Assembly: GCA_943788985.1 (NCBI GenBank)
Contig: CALSSJ010000001.1
Location: 1 to 53,819, forward strand
Direction: 5' to 3'
Length of the DNA stretch: 53,819 bases
From: an uncultured Lentisphaerales bacterium
GTDB taxonomy: Bacteria; Verrucomicrobiota; Lentisphaeria; JABSQK01; UBA12247
Position numbers and translations under genes: made by a program. The notes below the pieces were generated by a model. It saw nothing but the letters and a program-made list of their open reading frames with translations, was not told where the DNA came from and ran no database searches. Below are positions 19,571 through 30,000 of the stretch, piece by piece; positions within the stretch are counted from its first letter, which is position 1; each line of letters opens with the position of its first letter.

Positions 19571-21595
19571 TTAGTGCTTCAGAACCACCATCTGGTGGCA
19601 GCATAGCGTGTCTAGACGCAGGGTGATTTCGCTGCCATTCTGGGTGAAGGCGAGCGGCGTATTCTGCGGGGCCAGCAGGACCTGGCTCACCGGGCGAGGG
19701 TGCCGCAGTGTCACCTGGATATCGTGGAGCGGATTGAGCTCTTCAATCACTTCCACAGGGCTGGTGTTCCGAATATTTCCGCCTGACATTTGCACAGCGC
19801 CGCCACGGAGAATCGTGTTGGCATACAGAAGGTGAAGAATGGTCTGGTTTTCAGCTGGTTGTTGCATCAGCGTCACGCGCCCCTGTGACGGAAGGTTAGT
19901 GACCACTTGCTGGGTTTTTCCGAGGAACCCGGTGACCGCTTTCTGCACGAAAGCTTTCAGGATCACGGCACCATAGGTGCGGTAGATAGAAAACACAGGG
20001 TGAGAGAAATAGAGGATGTTTTCGGTCATCACGCCGCCATCAAAGCCGGATGCTTCCGGCTGATATGGGGTATGCTGATGGGAGCTGAAATGGTCGCCTT
20101 CGCGATTGAAATATGGATCGATCACGGCTCCGAGTGATTGGCCACCATGTGCCTTGACGCGTTGCGACGGCAGATACATGACAAATGGTGTGGTCAGGCA
20201 ATCCGGCTGTAGTTCCTGAACGGGAAGCAGGTAGTCTGGCTGATAGGGGCTGACGCCCGTATGGACAACGGGAAGGTCTATGGCAAAGCCGTCGCACTCG
20301 GGATTCAGCCCGCTTTCACCAGATAGAATGAGCTTGCCGCCCTGGTCCAGAAAGCCCTGCAGGCGCTTGGAAAGCTCTGCGCTAAGGCGGACTGCATCCG
20401 GCAAGATCAGCACCTTGTAGTCGTTGAAATCCATGCTCAGGTCAAGCAGGTCAAAAGGGATGTGAGATTCCAATAGTAAGCGTGCCGCGCCGATATCCGC
20501 CTCATGTTCCCGGCCGAGGGCCGGGTTGACTGCGGTGACCGACAGGATGGCAACATTGGCAGCGCTCACCGCCCCACGGCACCAAGGCTCTTTGGCCTCG
20601 ACCTCGGCATAAGCCTGGCCGATGATGGCGTAGGTGCTCTCGTCCAGTTCACCGCTGGGATGCAGCTGATCGCCAACGCTACATTTGGAGCCGTTGGCCA
20701 GCATCGCGGCACATTCGTAGCGCAGCGCGTTGGGATGTTTGAAACCGCCGAATTCTCCCCAAGTGGTATGAAACTTTCCGGTCATTCCCAGAAAGTCCAA
20801 GCCGAGCTTTCGGGCGTAGGCGGCGGACAGTGGAAAATGGTCGTAGCCCCAGCCGCCGGTGGGCAATGATTCAAGTTCAAGATGACTGAAATGCTCAAGG
20901 ATTTCAGTGTTTCCTACGTCGATGTGGCCGCTGTTGTGAAAGACCGGCATGGCGGCGTCCTGGTGCTGCGCGGCCTCGGCCGTCGCCCGGTAATACTCCA
21001 GCGATACCTGCTTGGCAAAGACCGCACGTTCGTCCGCATCTGCTGGATTGACCCCTGCTGAACGCATGTCGTCCAGGCACCAGCGGCAGCAGCAGCCTGG
21101 CTGGTTTATGATGTCCAGAAAGATTCCGTCCGCTTCGGGGAAGAGTGTCGCAGTTTCCCGAATCATCGCGCAGAGGTGGTCGAGGTAGGGAGAATTAAAA
21201 CAAAGCTGATGAAAGCCAGGCTTGACCGGTGATGCCTGCCAGCCTACATAGCGGCCGTCCTCTCTGATTGTGCGCCATTCCGGGTGCTCGTGGGCCGCTA
21301 CGTTGTTGACGCCAGCGGTCAGGTAGACCGGCACATTGATATCTATCTCCTTGCAGGCGTCCATTTGCAAGCGCAGGAGATCGACATTCAAGTGCGGGTG
21401 AATCTGGCCGACTTCTGTCGGGTGATAGCTCCAGCCGTGATGGCAGGAGGAAAAGCAGGTAATCGAGTCGACATGGGCATTCTGCAGCCTGTCCTGCCAC
21501 TGGGATTTGTCGAACGCCTCGCCGATCCCTGGAATGAAGGGAGACGTATGAAAATCGAGATGGATCTGACGAAATCGAAGAGGATGCTTGACCAT
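19571..21595 (-). CDS. GH151-like alpha-L-fucosidase (GHL6 barrel plus beta-galactosidase trimerisation-like domain)
   Basis: RFRQIHLDFHTS, DSITCFSSCHHGWSY, DGIFLDI, HLELESLPTGGWGY, GMTGKFHTTWGEFGG, GDQLHP; no signal peptide. Confidence 0.75.
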   Translation of the reverse strand: MVKHPLRFRQIHLDFHTSPFIPGIGEAFDKSQWQDRLQNAHVDSITCFSSCHHGWSYHPTEVGQIHPHLNVDLLRLQMDACKEIDINVPVYLTAGVNNVAAHEHPEWRTIREDGRYVGWQASPVKPGFHQLCFNSPYLDHLCAMIRETATLFPEADGIFLDIINQPGCCCRWCLDDMRSAGVNPADADERAVFAKQVSLEYYRATAEAAQHQDAAMPVFHNSGHIDVGNTEILEHFSHLELESLPTGGWGYDHFPLSAAYARKLGLDFLGMTGKFHTTWGEFGGFKHPNALRYECAAMLANGSKCSVGDQLHPSGELDESTYAIIGQAYAEVEAKEPWCRGAVSAANVAILSVTAVNPALGREHEADIGAARLLLESHIPFDLLDLSMDFNDYKVLILPDAVRLSAELSKRLQGFLDQGGKLILSGESGLNPECDGFAIDLPVVHTGVSPYQPDYLLPVQELQPDCLTTPFVMYLPSQRVKAHGGQSLGAVIDPYFNREGDHFSSHQHTPYQPEASGFDGGVMTENILYFSHPVFSIYRTYGAVILKAFVQKAVTGFLGKTQQVVTNLPSQGRVTLMQQPAENQTILHLLYANTILRGGAVQMSGGNIRNTSPVEVIEELNPLHDIQVTLRHPRPVSQVLLAPQNTPLAFTQNGSEITLRLDTLCCHQMVVLKH

Positions 21596-21717
21596 AACGT
21601 GGCGCCTGTGATTGATGTCCTATCGAGACGATATCCGCCTGATGCTTGGTTACTATCGGCCAGTCGCTAGAAAAGCAATTCGCGCCCATGATGGTGGGAA
21701 GGGCAAGGGGAGATTCG

Positions 21718-21910
21718 AACCACGGAAAACACGGAACCGCACGGAAGGAAGACTGTTGAAGGGGGCAGGGGCGAGGAGATTATAACCACGGAGACACGGA
21801 GGCAGGAACGACGAAGAAACGACGGGGCACGAAGGAAGGCCGTCATTGTCATGAGTGTGCCTTCCTTGTCCTCGCTCTGCCCAGCCTCCGTGTCTCCGTG
21901 CCTCCGTGTT
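21718..21910. repeat. CACGGA-based short tandem and inverted repeats
   Basis: AACCACGGAAAACACGGAACCGCACGGAAGG (21718-21748); CACGGAGACACGGAGGC (21787-21803) is inverted to GCCTCCGTGTCTCCGTG (21884-21900). Confidence 0.75.
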
Positions 21911-21937
21911 ACATCATTCTTATTCGCCTCGAGTTAA

Positions 21938-22122
21938 GGGCCCGCGCGGAAACAACGTTACATTTTGCCGCTGGCCATTTTGTTTCGTGGCAAGGCGGAA
22001 GCGAGCGGGCATACCCTATGGTATGTCCCGAGCGCCGCAACGCAGCCACGGAGCAAAAGGGCCGCAGCCCTGCGGGGCGGGGCGGCGAACGGCCATCTGC
22101 GGCGTTGTTTCCGCGCGGGCCC
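21938..22122. mobile_element. MITE of 185 bp with 20-bp perfect TIRs and a TAA target-site duplication
   Basis: TAA|GGGCCCGCGCGGAAACAACG ... CGTTGTTTCCGCGCGGGCCC|TAA; no transposase-like coding capacity; internal hairpin CATACC-CTAT-GGTATG. Confidence 0.85.
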
Positions 22123-22133
22123 TAAGTCCGGCC

Positions 22134-23201
22134 TTACCTGGCTTGCAAGGGAACAACCATATTCCAGGACTTGGTGGAATTTTGGAATCCACCAGGGCCG
22201 TCCATGGTTGCGAAAAATAGGTGTGTCAGCGTCCCGTCCTGAATTAAGCCGAACGGTCGTTCGAGCTGCCCCATTTTAATCGTCTTACCGTCGGCCCAGG
22301 TTAGCTCGCGGGAGTACGCCAGCGGCTCGCTGTCAAGCACCCAGTGCGAGGCGTCGTCTGAGTGCGCCAGAATGCCGCAATGCAGATGCCCGGAAATCGT
22401 CCCGTGCTGATCCTTGGCGATCAGATGATAGCCCGTATCATCACGCCACAGGAAGGGGTCTTCAATCTCGCCGATTGAATCGACGCCAAAAATTGGTTGA
22501 TCGCTTTCGACAGTGTAAGGACCTTCAAAATGGGCTGCTGTCGCCAAGCCAATCTTCATCGTGCTGTGGAACGGGAACTGATCCTTGTATCTTCGCGACT
22601 TAAAGAGCAGCTTGACGCTGCCGTCTTCATTAATCCACGGAGCCGGATTGGAGGTAAGAAAGTCATAGAATGTGTCCGGCGCAACGTCTAGGATACAGGC
22701 ATCTCGGCGCGTCCACGGCCCGTTCAAGTCTTTGGCCGTGGCAATGCCAATCCGCTTGTTGGAGCGTGCGACCACCGTATGCGCCGAGTCAAGCGTGAGC
22801 AGGGACGGATCCGTACTGTCGGCAAACGGATGGGTCGAGCCCATGTAGAACATCACGTAGCTGTCATCATACGTGAGCACACGCGGGTTGTGTACTGACC
22901 GACCATCCCAGTATTGTGCGCCGCGGGCCCCGAGCGCGACATCTACGAATGTGTAGGGCCCTTCGGCCGTATCGGAGACGGAATGCGCGACCTCCGAGGC
23001 CACCATCCAGCCGGGATGAAACGGGAGATGCTTGGGCCAGCGGCTGGCAAACATATGGAATTTTCCGTCTGCTGCCTGTACGACCGAGCTGCCCCACACC
23101 CAAAAACCCTCCTGCTCAAAACCACCATCCAGCGGAGCCGGGGCAATCCGGCTGAATAACTCATTTTTCCAGGCACTGGCAGAAGCCGTTTTTGGGTTCA
23201 T
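22134..23201 (-). CDS. five-bladed beta-propeller glycoside hydrolase (GH43/GH117-like, unclassified)
   Basis: WVWGSSVV..DGKFHMFASRWP, SEVAHSVSD.AEGPY, HNP, SNPAP, EDPFLW, ERP. Confidence 0.75.
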   Translation of the reverse strand: MNPKTASASAWKNELFSRIAPAPLDGGFEQEGFWVWGSSVVQAADGKFHMFASRWPKHLPFHPGWMVASEVAHSVSDTAEGPYTFVDVALGARGAQYWDGRSVHNPRVLTYDDSYVMFYMGSTHPFADSTDPSLLTLDSAHTVVARSNKRIGIATAKDLNGPWTRRDACILDVAPDTFYDFLTSNPAPWINEDGSVKLLFKSRRYKDQFPFHSTMKIGLATAAHFEGPYTVESDQPIFGVDSIGEIEDPFLWRDDTGYHLIAKDQHGTISGHLHCGILAHSDDASHWVLDSEPLAYSRELTWADGKTIKMGQLERPFGLIQDGTLTHLFFATMDGPGGFQNSTKSWNMVVPLQAR

Positions 23202-24193
23202 CGGTTAATCTCCAGGAGATAGCAACAGGTTCCCGGGCCCTGGTTGATATGGCAGCCGCCGGGGGCGAATAGGTGCGTGGGCACGCCATCCTTGAGCAAT
23301 AATTGTGGCCGCTCAAACTTAGGATGACGGTAGTTGGCGGCCTTCTGCACTACATCCTTGTCGATGTAGTGCTCCATCACATGAAAGCCCTCTTCTGCCT
23401 GGTCGTAATCAAAGGAAAGTGGATCTGTAGACCTGAGCAAAAGACCTTTGTTGCGATGGTTGTCGGTCACCAACATGCAGACCTCATCGCCATCCATATA
23501 GACGTAGGGATCCTCGATGTAGCGGCTGTTGTTGATGATCCGCTCAGGGTGGTGGATATAGGGGCTCTGCAGGGCATCGGCGATGGCGACGGCGTAGCTG
23601 TTCTCTCCTTCCAGCCCCGGCCATTTTGCCCGGTAGTAGAGGTAGAACTTACCGTTGGGATGCTGGAGCAACGCGGGATTGTCTACCCCCCGGTCGGCAG
23701 CAATCAGAGGATAGCTCCAGGCCTTGGTGTCACCCGGTTCCGGCCGCGAAAGGACAACGCCGCAGTCTTCCCACGGGCCATTCAAATCTGCGGTCTTCAT
23801 CATACCAATGCGACGGCTGCCGGGGTTTGGCTTGCTGGGCGTACAGGCGCTGGAGTGGTAGAGCAGAACGAACTCATCGTTGATCTTGGTGATGGCCGGG
23901 TTGTGTTGCGTTCCACAGTTCCATGAGCCTGCAGCGGTTTGACCAGGTTTCAACAATGTTTCAACAAAGGTATAGGGCCCTTCTACCTCATCCGCCACGT
24001 AGTGAGCGATCTCCGAGGTGGCGTACCAGTAGGAAAACCCGTAATTCAAGGCCGCGTTATCGATGATTGGGATTCGTGCCGCAAAGGCGTGGATGCGTCC
24101 ATCGTTGCCCCAGATTGGGGAGGTTCCCCAGATGTGATAGTGGTCATCCTCGATGATAACCCCCTTGAACACTAATTTGTCGGCAAAGCTCAT
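23198..24193 (-). CDS. five-bladed beta-propeller glycoside hydrolase, paralog of the downstream gene
   Basis: IWGTSPI..DGRIHAFAAR, SEIAHYVAD.VEGPY, HNP, DNPAL, EDPYVY, ERPQL; ATGA overlap with the next gene. Confidence 0.75.
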   Translation of the reverse strand: MSFADKLVFKGVIIEDDHYHIWGTSPIWGNDGRIHAFAARIPIIDNAALNYGFSYWYATSEIAHYVADEVEGPYTFVETLLKPGQTAAGSWNCGTQHNPAITKINDEFVLLYHSSACTPSKPNPGSRRIGMMKTADLNGPWEDCGVVLSRPEPGDTKAWSYPLIAADRGVDNPALLQHPNGKFYLYYRAKWPGLEGENSYAVAIADALQSPYIHHPERIINNSRYIEDPYVYMDGDEVCMLVTDNHRNKGLLLRSTDPLSFDYDQAEEGFHVMEHYIDKDVVQKAANYRHPKFERPQLLLKDGVPTHLFAPGGCHINQGPGTCCYLLEINR

Positions 24194-24265
24194 CCTTGAT
24201 ATCTACCATCTGTTCGTTGTGATTGCGAGTAACTTCCGCGTAGACTCAGAGAAGAGGAGAATCTC

Positions 24266-24495
24266 AACCACGGAAAACTTAGCGCGGGCTTTGCCCGCAA
24301 CCCCAAGTGCAACATCAGCTTGCGGTTCAAGGCCCAACGGGCCGAAACAAGGTAGCCCAAAAAGTAGGATGGGCCTCCGAGCCCGTCTCCCTTCGTGATG
24401 GGACGGGCACGGAGACCCGTACTACTTTCCATCCTATTTCCCCGCTAGACACCACGAAGAACTCGCCCGCGAAACACGCGAAACAACGCGAAAAG
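24266..24495. repeat. cluster of REP-like elements
   Basis: AACCACGGAAAAC (24266-24278, identical to 21718-21730); GCGGGCTTTGCCCGC; GGCCCAACGGGCC; GTAG pair AAAGTAGGATGGGCCTCCGAGCCCGTC...GACGGGCACGGAGACCCGTACTACTTT (24361-24428); CGCGAAA x3 (24468-24493). Confidence 0.75.
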
Positions 24496-24514
24496 AGAGA
24501 GGATAAAGAGTGAC

Positions 24515-25032
24515 TCACTGCTGTCTACCCTGCAACCGTTTGGCGGTATAGGGAAAATCGCCCAGAAAAAGAACGAGATCCGCTTTGCGTGACGCCATCT
24601 CCGTGAAGATGGAAGTCCCGGGCTTCATTTTTTTTCTCTGTGGTTATAGCCGTATCCGTAAACGATCCGAATGCTTTTTTGGGTGAGCGATGGCCCCAGA
24701 GTTGTAAAGGTTCCCTGGCGCTCTGATGTGCCGACGCGAACCACATACCTGTAGTCCGTTTCCTTTCTGAGCCCATCAAAGTCAATGATGCATGTATTGT
24801 CCGATGCCAACGTGGTACAAACCGTTTGAGTCAGCTGCTCTGATGTAGTACCATCTTCAAACAGAGCGCAGGTCACATCGGCTGGCACGGTGGTGCGCAC
24901 CCAAATGCGGGCAGCATGCTCGGAAACGTCGCCCAGCATCGGGCCGTGTGAAATATTGGATGGTTCACTGGCAAAAACTGTTTGAGAGATACAAAGAACC
25001 GCAAGAATGAATCTTCGTGTGCACATGGTCAT
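24515..25032 (-). pseudogene. truncated PhoD-like metallophosphatase
   Basis: signal peptide, SHGPMLGDVS..ARIWVRT, GL...TDYRY; after an A8 run (24628-24635) another frame gives MKPGTSIF.EMASRKADLVLFLGDFPY and then stops, so most of the catalytic domain is absent. Confidence 0.7.
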
Positions 25033-25167
25033 GGTTATCCTTCTTCTGAGAGCCGATCGCAGCGGTCACCGATTGTCCATAGGGCCTCCGGCGCACGGCT
25101 TGGTTGAAATTGATTTGCTCGCACGGAGGCGCAAGCAGGCAGAGGATTTCACATTCTTCGAGTCCAC

Positions 25168-26670
25168 TTATCCTGCCCCTTGTGAAACCAACTCCAGACG
25201 CTCGAGCTGCTCCTGCGCACAACTTCCGGGAAGATTCAGGCCGTTGATTTTCTCTATTAAGTGCCCTTGCATTTCCTTCAGTTTCTCCGGGTATTCTTCT
25301 GCTAGGTTGTCTAATTCGCTTGGATCTTGATTCTTGTCGGACAGCCATGTCGGATCAGGGCCCTTGCGGGCAGTCCCGGACACGGGTCTGCACCCGTTCT
25401 GGTAGTCTCCGAGTCTGCTGGTGAGCTGGAATGAACCACGCTTGCCATACCAGTTCAGCGGCTGATTCTCTTCACGGTTTGCCTGGTGCAGCGCCCAATC
25501 GCCATCGGTCAGGGTGACACTGTCGCCAAACATACCGGCAATGGCAAAGTCACGCGTGTGCAGGGGCTCGTCCTGTAGCAACGGCAGCAGGTTCACACCG
25601 TGGATGCCTTCTGGAACGTCGCAGCCAGCCGCGGCCAATGTGGTCGCATAGATGTCAACAAGCTGTACAAGCTGGTCGCAGCGTTTGCCAGTGCCGCCGG
25701 GATGCGCGATGATGAACGGCAGATGCGAATTGGCATCGAACTGGTGCGTCTGCAGTTTTCCCGTACGGCCATGATCGCCATTGAAGGTGCCATGGTCAGT
25801 CGTGAAGATGAGCATCGTGTCGTCCCACAGATCCAGTCGATCCATGGTGTCGCAGAGCTTTTCCATCCAGCGATCAATATGGATCACCTTGGCCGCGTAG
25901 CGGGCCCGACCGTTATTGAATTGCTCGGGCGTCATGCGGTCTTCCCACTTGGCATACTCCATGCCGTGCCACCAACCATCGACATTGTAGCCCTTCGGAT
26001 CAAAGAGTTTGACCAGATCTTCCGGTGGATCGAAGGGTTCGTGCGGGCTGAAACAGTCGACATGAAGATGAAAATCCTCGTGCGTATGGTTCTTCTCAAG
26101 CCACGTGATCGCCTTGTCAAAGACAGCTGCCGTCGGCCACTCCAGTTCATCGGTACGTACCCGAATCGACTTGGACCAATGGGGCAGCATTTCCATGTAC
26201 TTCGAATCCGTTGCCGGGTACGTGAAGTCATCGGGTTCCGGGTCGGTATGAAAGGGATCTTCTGTGGTCCCGCGGACAAGATCAAAGCCGGTGTAGCCGG
26301 TATGGTAGTTTTCACCGCCTCGGCGCCAGAGGTGCGCGTGGTCAGTGATCAGGTAGCTGACTTTCCCGGCTTGGCTGATCAAGGATGGCAAGTCCTGGCC
26401 GACGTCCTCTTCCTCCAGCGAGCCCCAGCCCCGGGTTAGGAATTCGTACTTCCCGGTGTAGATATCACGTCTGGCCGGCATGCAGGGTGTACTGCCGAGG
26501 TAGCACTGGGTAAAGACGGTCCCGCGCTCGGCCAGCCGGTCAATATTTGGGGTCAAGACGGACCATTCGGGTGCCTCGGCGCTCCAGCACTGATTGAGCG
26601 GCTTGCCGCCCGTATAGGCGCTGACATGGTCGCGACGTAATGTGTCGCAAAGAATGACGATCGTATTCAT
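25168..26670 (-). CDS. sulfatase (formylglycine-dependent S1 family), cytoplasmic
   Basis: MNTIVILCDTLRRDH, TPNID, STPCMPARRDIYTG (CxPxR), PHEPFDPP, TTDHG. Confidence 0.92.
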   Translation of the reverse strand: MNTIVILCDTLRRDHVSAYTGGKPLNQCWSAEAPEWSVLTPNIDRLAERGTVFTQCYLGSTPCMPARRDIYTGKYEFLTRGWGSLEEEDVGQDLPSLISQAGKVSYLITDHAHLWRRGGENYHTGYTGFDLVRGTTEDPFHTDPEPDDFTYPATDSKYMEMLPHWSKSIRVRTDELEWPTAAVFDKAITWLEKNHTHEDFHLHVDCFSPHEPFDPPEDLVKLFDPKGYNVDGWWHGMEYAKWEDRMTPEQFNNGRARYAAKVIHIDRWMEKLCDTMDRLDLWDDTMLIFTTDHGTFNGDHGRTGKLQTHQFDANSHLPFIIAHPGGTGKRCDQLVQLVDIYATTLAAAGCDVPEGIHGVNLLPLLQDEPLHTRDFAIAGMFGDSVTLTDGDWALHQANREENQPLNWYGKRGSFQLTSRLGDYQNGCRPVSGTARKGPDPTWLSDKNQDPSELDNLAEEYPEKLKEMQGHLIEKINGLNLPGSCAQEQLERLELVSQGAG

Positions 26671-26767
26671 CTACTGGGAATCCTTGCTGGTGTCTTGCTG
26701 GTGACAGAAAAATGGCGAATCTCCAGGCGCGCATGTTTACGTTTTACAGGCGTGGTGAATGCCAGCT

Positions 26768-26951
26768 GCCCCGTTGGGGCTCGGAAACCATGATCCAGCC
26801 TTAAATCAACAGACCGATTAGTTGTGCCCCATCCTTCCTGGGACACAGCTAAAGCGGTGAACTCCAACGTAGCTCGCCGTCTCCCATTTCTGCGAGAAAT
26901 CGTCCTTTGGACGATTAAATCAACAGGCCGTAAAGCCGTGAACTCCAACGT
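26768..26951. repeat. REP half-sites and direct repeats
   Basis: GCCCCGTTGGGGC (26768-26780); TAAAGC(G/C)GTGAACTCCAACGT at 26850 and 26931; TTAAATCAACAG at 26801 and 26915. Confidence 0.7.
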
Positions 26952-27051
26952 TGGACGTGCTCCTGCGCAACGCAGCGGCTTTGTTTGAACCTTCTGCCCC
27001 TCACTCGCTGAGTCGATGCGAGATGTGAGTTCTTGGCATTTCATTTTTCGA

Positions 27052-30000
27052 TCAATTCCCGGGCTTTACAGGCATGGGCGCATCCTTCACGAACACCTGC
27101 ACCTCAAGCCAGGGGCTGCCGTTCATCTCGAGGTGGGTTACAGAAAGATCGACGTCGCCGGATGCGGCCTCCGCATTGACCAGCGCGACCGGGAGGTCCT
27201 GAAGCTTGTTCCAGTTCAAGTCATAGACGCCCACCGTGTTGCCCCCCTGATACCAGAGATATCGATCTGACGGGATCGTGCCGTTGATGGTGATACTGCC
27301 GCTACCGAGATGAATGCTCGGATTCACCAACGCAGAGGGCTTTTCGGGCAGAAATCGGAGGTCCTCAAGCAAGACCGAGGCTTCGCTGTTCGGCTTCACC
27401 CGATCGATCCCCAGGGAGATCTTGCTGATGTTGTTGCCGCGCCAGCGTTTGTAATGATCAAAGAAGGGCCAACGGCCATCGGCCCAGGAGACTTGCGGGC
27501 TGGGGATTTCGATATAGCGCTTCCCGGTAAAATCGAGATGCACGACATAATCGCGGCCGCCTTGACCGCTGGTGCGGACCACCAAGATCGCACCGCTGCC
27601 ATCGCTGGTGACCACCATGCCCAGGCCGCCTGCGTTGGTAATGTCGGTCTTGACGCGATAGAACGGGAGAGAGTCGCCTCGTCTGGCGACCAATTCAAGC
27701 TGCTTATCGGTTGGGTTTGAGCAGGTGATTCTGACGCCTTCTCCCTCCTTGACAAGCGTGTTGCCGCCCCGCTGCTGAACCGTCGCCGGGGCCGGCATAA
27801 TCCGGTAGCTGATGTCTGTTCCAGACAGATCCTCGGGGATGTGCTCTTCGATCACAACGCCCGAGGCGCCCTGGAACTTATCGAGCATATCGTGGAACGC
27901 CTTCTCGGCTGCAGTTTCACCGTTGGCTGTCAGGCGCATTGAAGCGAGGTCGCGATTGAAGTCCGGCATGACCCGAATGATGAATTCCGGCACTTGGCTC
28001 TTGTATGGGTTGTTGACCCGGATCGGGTCCTGGCCGGGCCGAATGTATTGATAGGGATAGATCGTGCCGTGCTCCTGGTGGACCGTCCAACCACGGTCAA
28101 CGCCTTTGCGTTTCATCACCCGAAAGGGAACCACAGAGAGGTCATCGCCCTCTCCTTCGAAGCGGAACAGCTCATCAATGAGGCTATAGCGAAAGTTCGG
28201 CGAGAAGGGATTCTTATACCATGTGGAATACATGCGCTCCTTGATGGTCTGCGGAAGTCCTGGCCCCAGCTCGCGCCATTGCCGGAAAACCTTCGCATAG
28301 TACGCCATCAGGCCATGACCATGGATGGTTTCCAGCGTCAGGTCATGAAAGCCCGCTTGCTCTGATACACTCGCATTCAGCCCTGCCACGCTCATATGCG
28401 GAACGCCGTAGCAGTAGGCATAGGGACTACTCGCGGACCAGTGGCTCTGGTGCAGGGCAATCTTCAATTCCCCCAATGGGATCCTCGGCGGGCGTTCGTT
28501 TCGCGTGGGATCCAGCGCGTTCTGGACCGAGTGAAAGAGCGGCTCGATAAAGCCCCAGAACTGCTGTTCGCCAGAGGTATCAGATACGACGGGATGGTCG
28601 ATGTGCCGATACACCTCGCCCATGAATGCGCCAGCCCCGTAGGGAACCATCATGACATGGGCTTCTACCGCATCAAAGTTTGCGGAGCCCGCATTCACGT
28701 CATCGTGAAACTCTCCGAAGCGCTTGGCCATCTCTGGCAGGAGCGAGCTATCGGGGTCCGGTGCGAATGCGAGCCCATAGGAGCGGTACAACCCGCGGGC
28801 GGTTTCCCCAGCCGTATGGGCAGCAGCGTCGGTATCATAGAGGCCGCGTTGGCAGCCTTTCAGCGTCCACGTGCCATCACCGTTATCCATATAGGAGCCG
28901 AAGGCGACAAGTTCATTGCCAATCTGCATGCACCTCATGTCAACATGGCTGTCGTGGCGCTCGTAATGGGTCAGATGCTCGTTGCCCTCGGCGACCGTGA
29001 TCTCAGTGGCCTTGGCATCCGTATCTTTGGTCAGCGTTCCCTGCCACCAGTATGCCAGGCGCTCATCGGGTGCCGTGCCGACATACACCGGGTGCTTTTG
29101 TCCCAACGCGTAGCTGGTGGTGCGAAAGGTCAGCTTCATGCCATTGTCTTCGAGGTACGTGCCAAATGCGGTCATGTCGGCGCGCCCCCTCGGAAACATC
29201 GCCTCGTTGACCTCAAAATTGTCACGATCCGTTGCCCAATACCGATCGCCCCACGTGTTGAGATGCATGTAGACACTACCAATGCCGAACTTCTTTGCTT
29301 CGTCGACCAGCGGTTGTAAGTCCTCCGGCTTTCGTGGGCCGATGACCATCATCGTCGACAGCTCCTGCCGCATCTGGATGTAGTCAGCGATCCACTCCTT
29401 TGCACGTGCGACGGTCCACTCACCGTCCACCTTGGGATGTGGTATGCTCTCGTTCGCCCAGACCTGATAGAGCATCTCGTCGTCTTCCTCTTCATCTTCG
29501 GGATACCACATGGCAATACTGCCCAGCGGATTGCGTTCGCTCCTGCGTAGCACACCAAAGAAGCTCGGGTTATACCTCGTAGGATTCCAGGATTTCCTTG
29601 TAACGCTGTCCAGAGGCAGCCAGTTTCCACCCCTGATATTTTCCATGGTCAGCACATGGGCATGTTCAGTGAGCGGATTCTCCATCGAGAGCAGCTCCAG
29701 CACGAAGTAAGAGCCCTTGTCGATTGTCCGGAAGGTAAAGGTCGGCAGTGCTTCTGTTTCCGGTGTGAGAGTGATCGTGTCCCCCTCCTGTTTCACGGGG
29801 CGAAGCGTCAGCGTTCTGCGCGTTCCGGTATTCAGACCGTAGACATTCTCGACCAGCGTGACCGTGAACAGGGGCTTGTTGACGTTATAGGGATGCAGTG
29901 CCAGTGGTCCCTTCTCGTTCCTGATTGCTGCCAACGTTCCATCCGCTGCCATCGCAATGCGCAGTTGCTCGTTGCCAAGCACCGTTTCCGCTTGGGCGCC

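Noticed and set aside
21692..21725. tRNA 3'-end-like string on the minus strand (GGTTCGAATC...CCACCA), a possible att site
   Set aside because: The T-stem does not pair, the spacing to CCA is wrong, there is no anticodon or D arm, and the string overlaps the CACGGA repeat.
21718..26951. CRISPR array
   Set aside because: The repeats are short, heterogeneous and irregularly spaced, with no constant repeat-spacer period and no cas genes.
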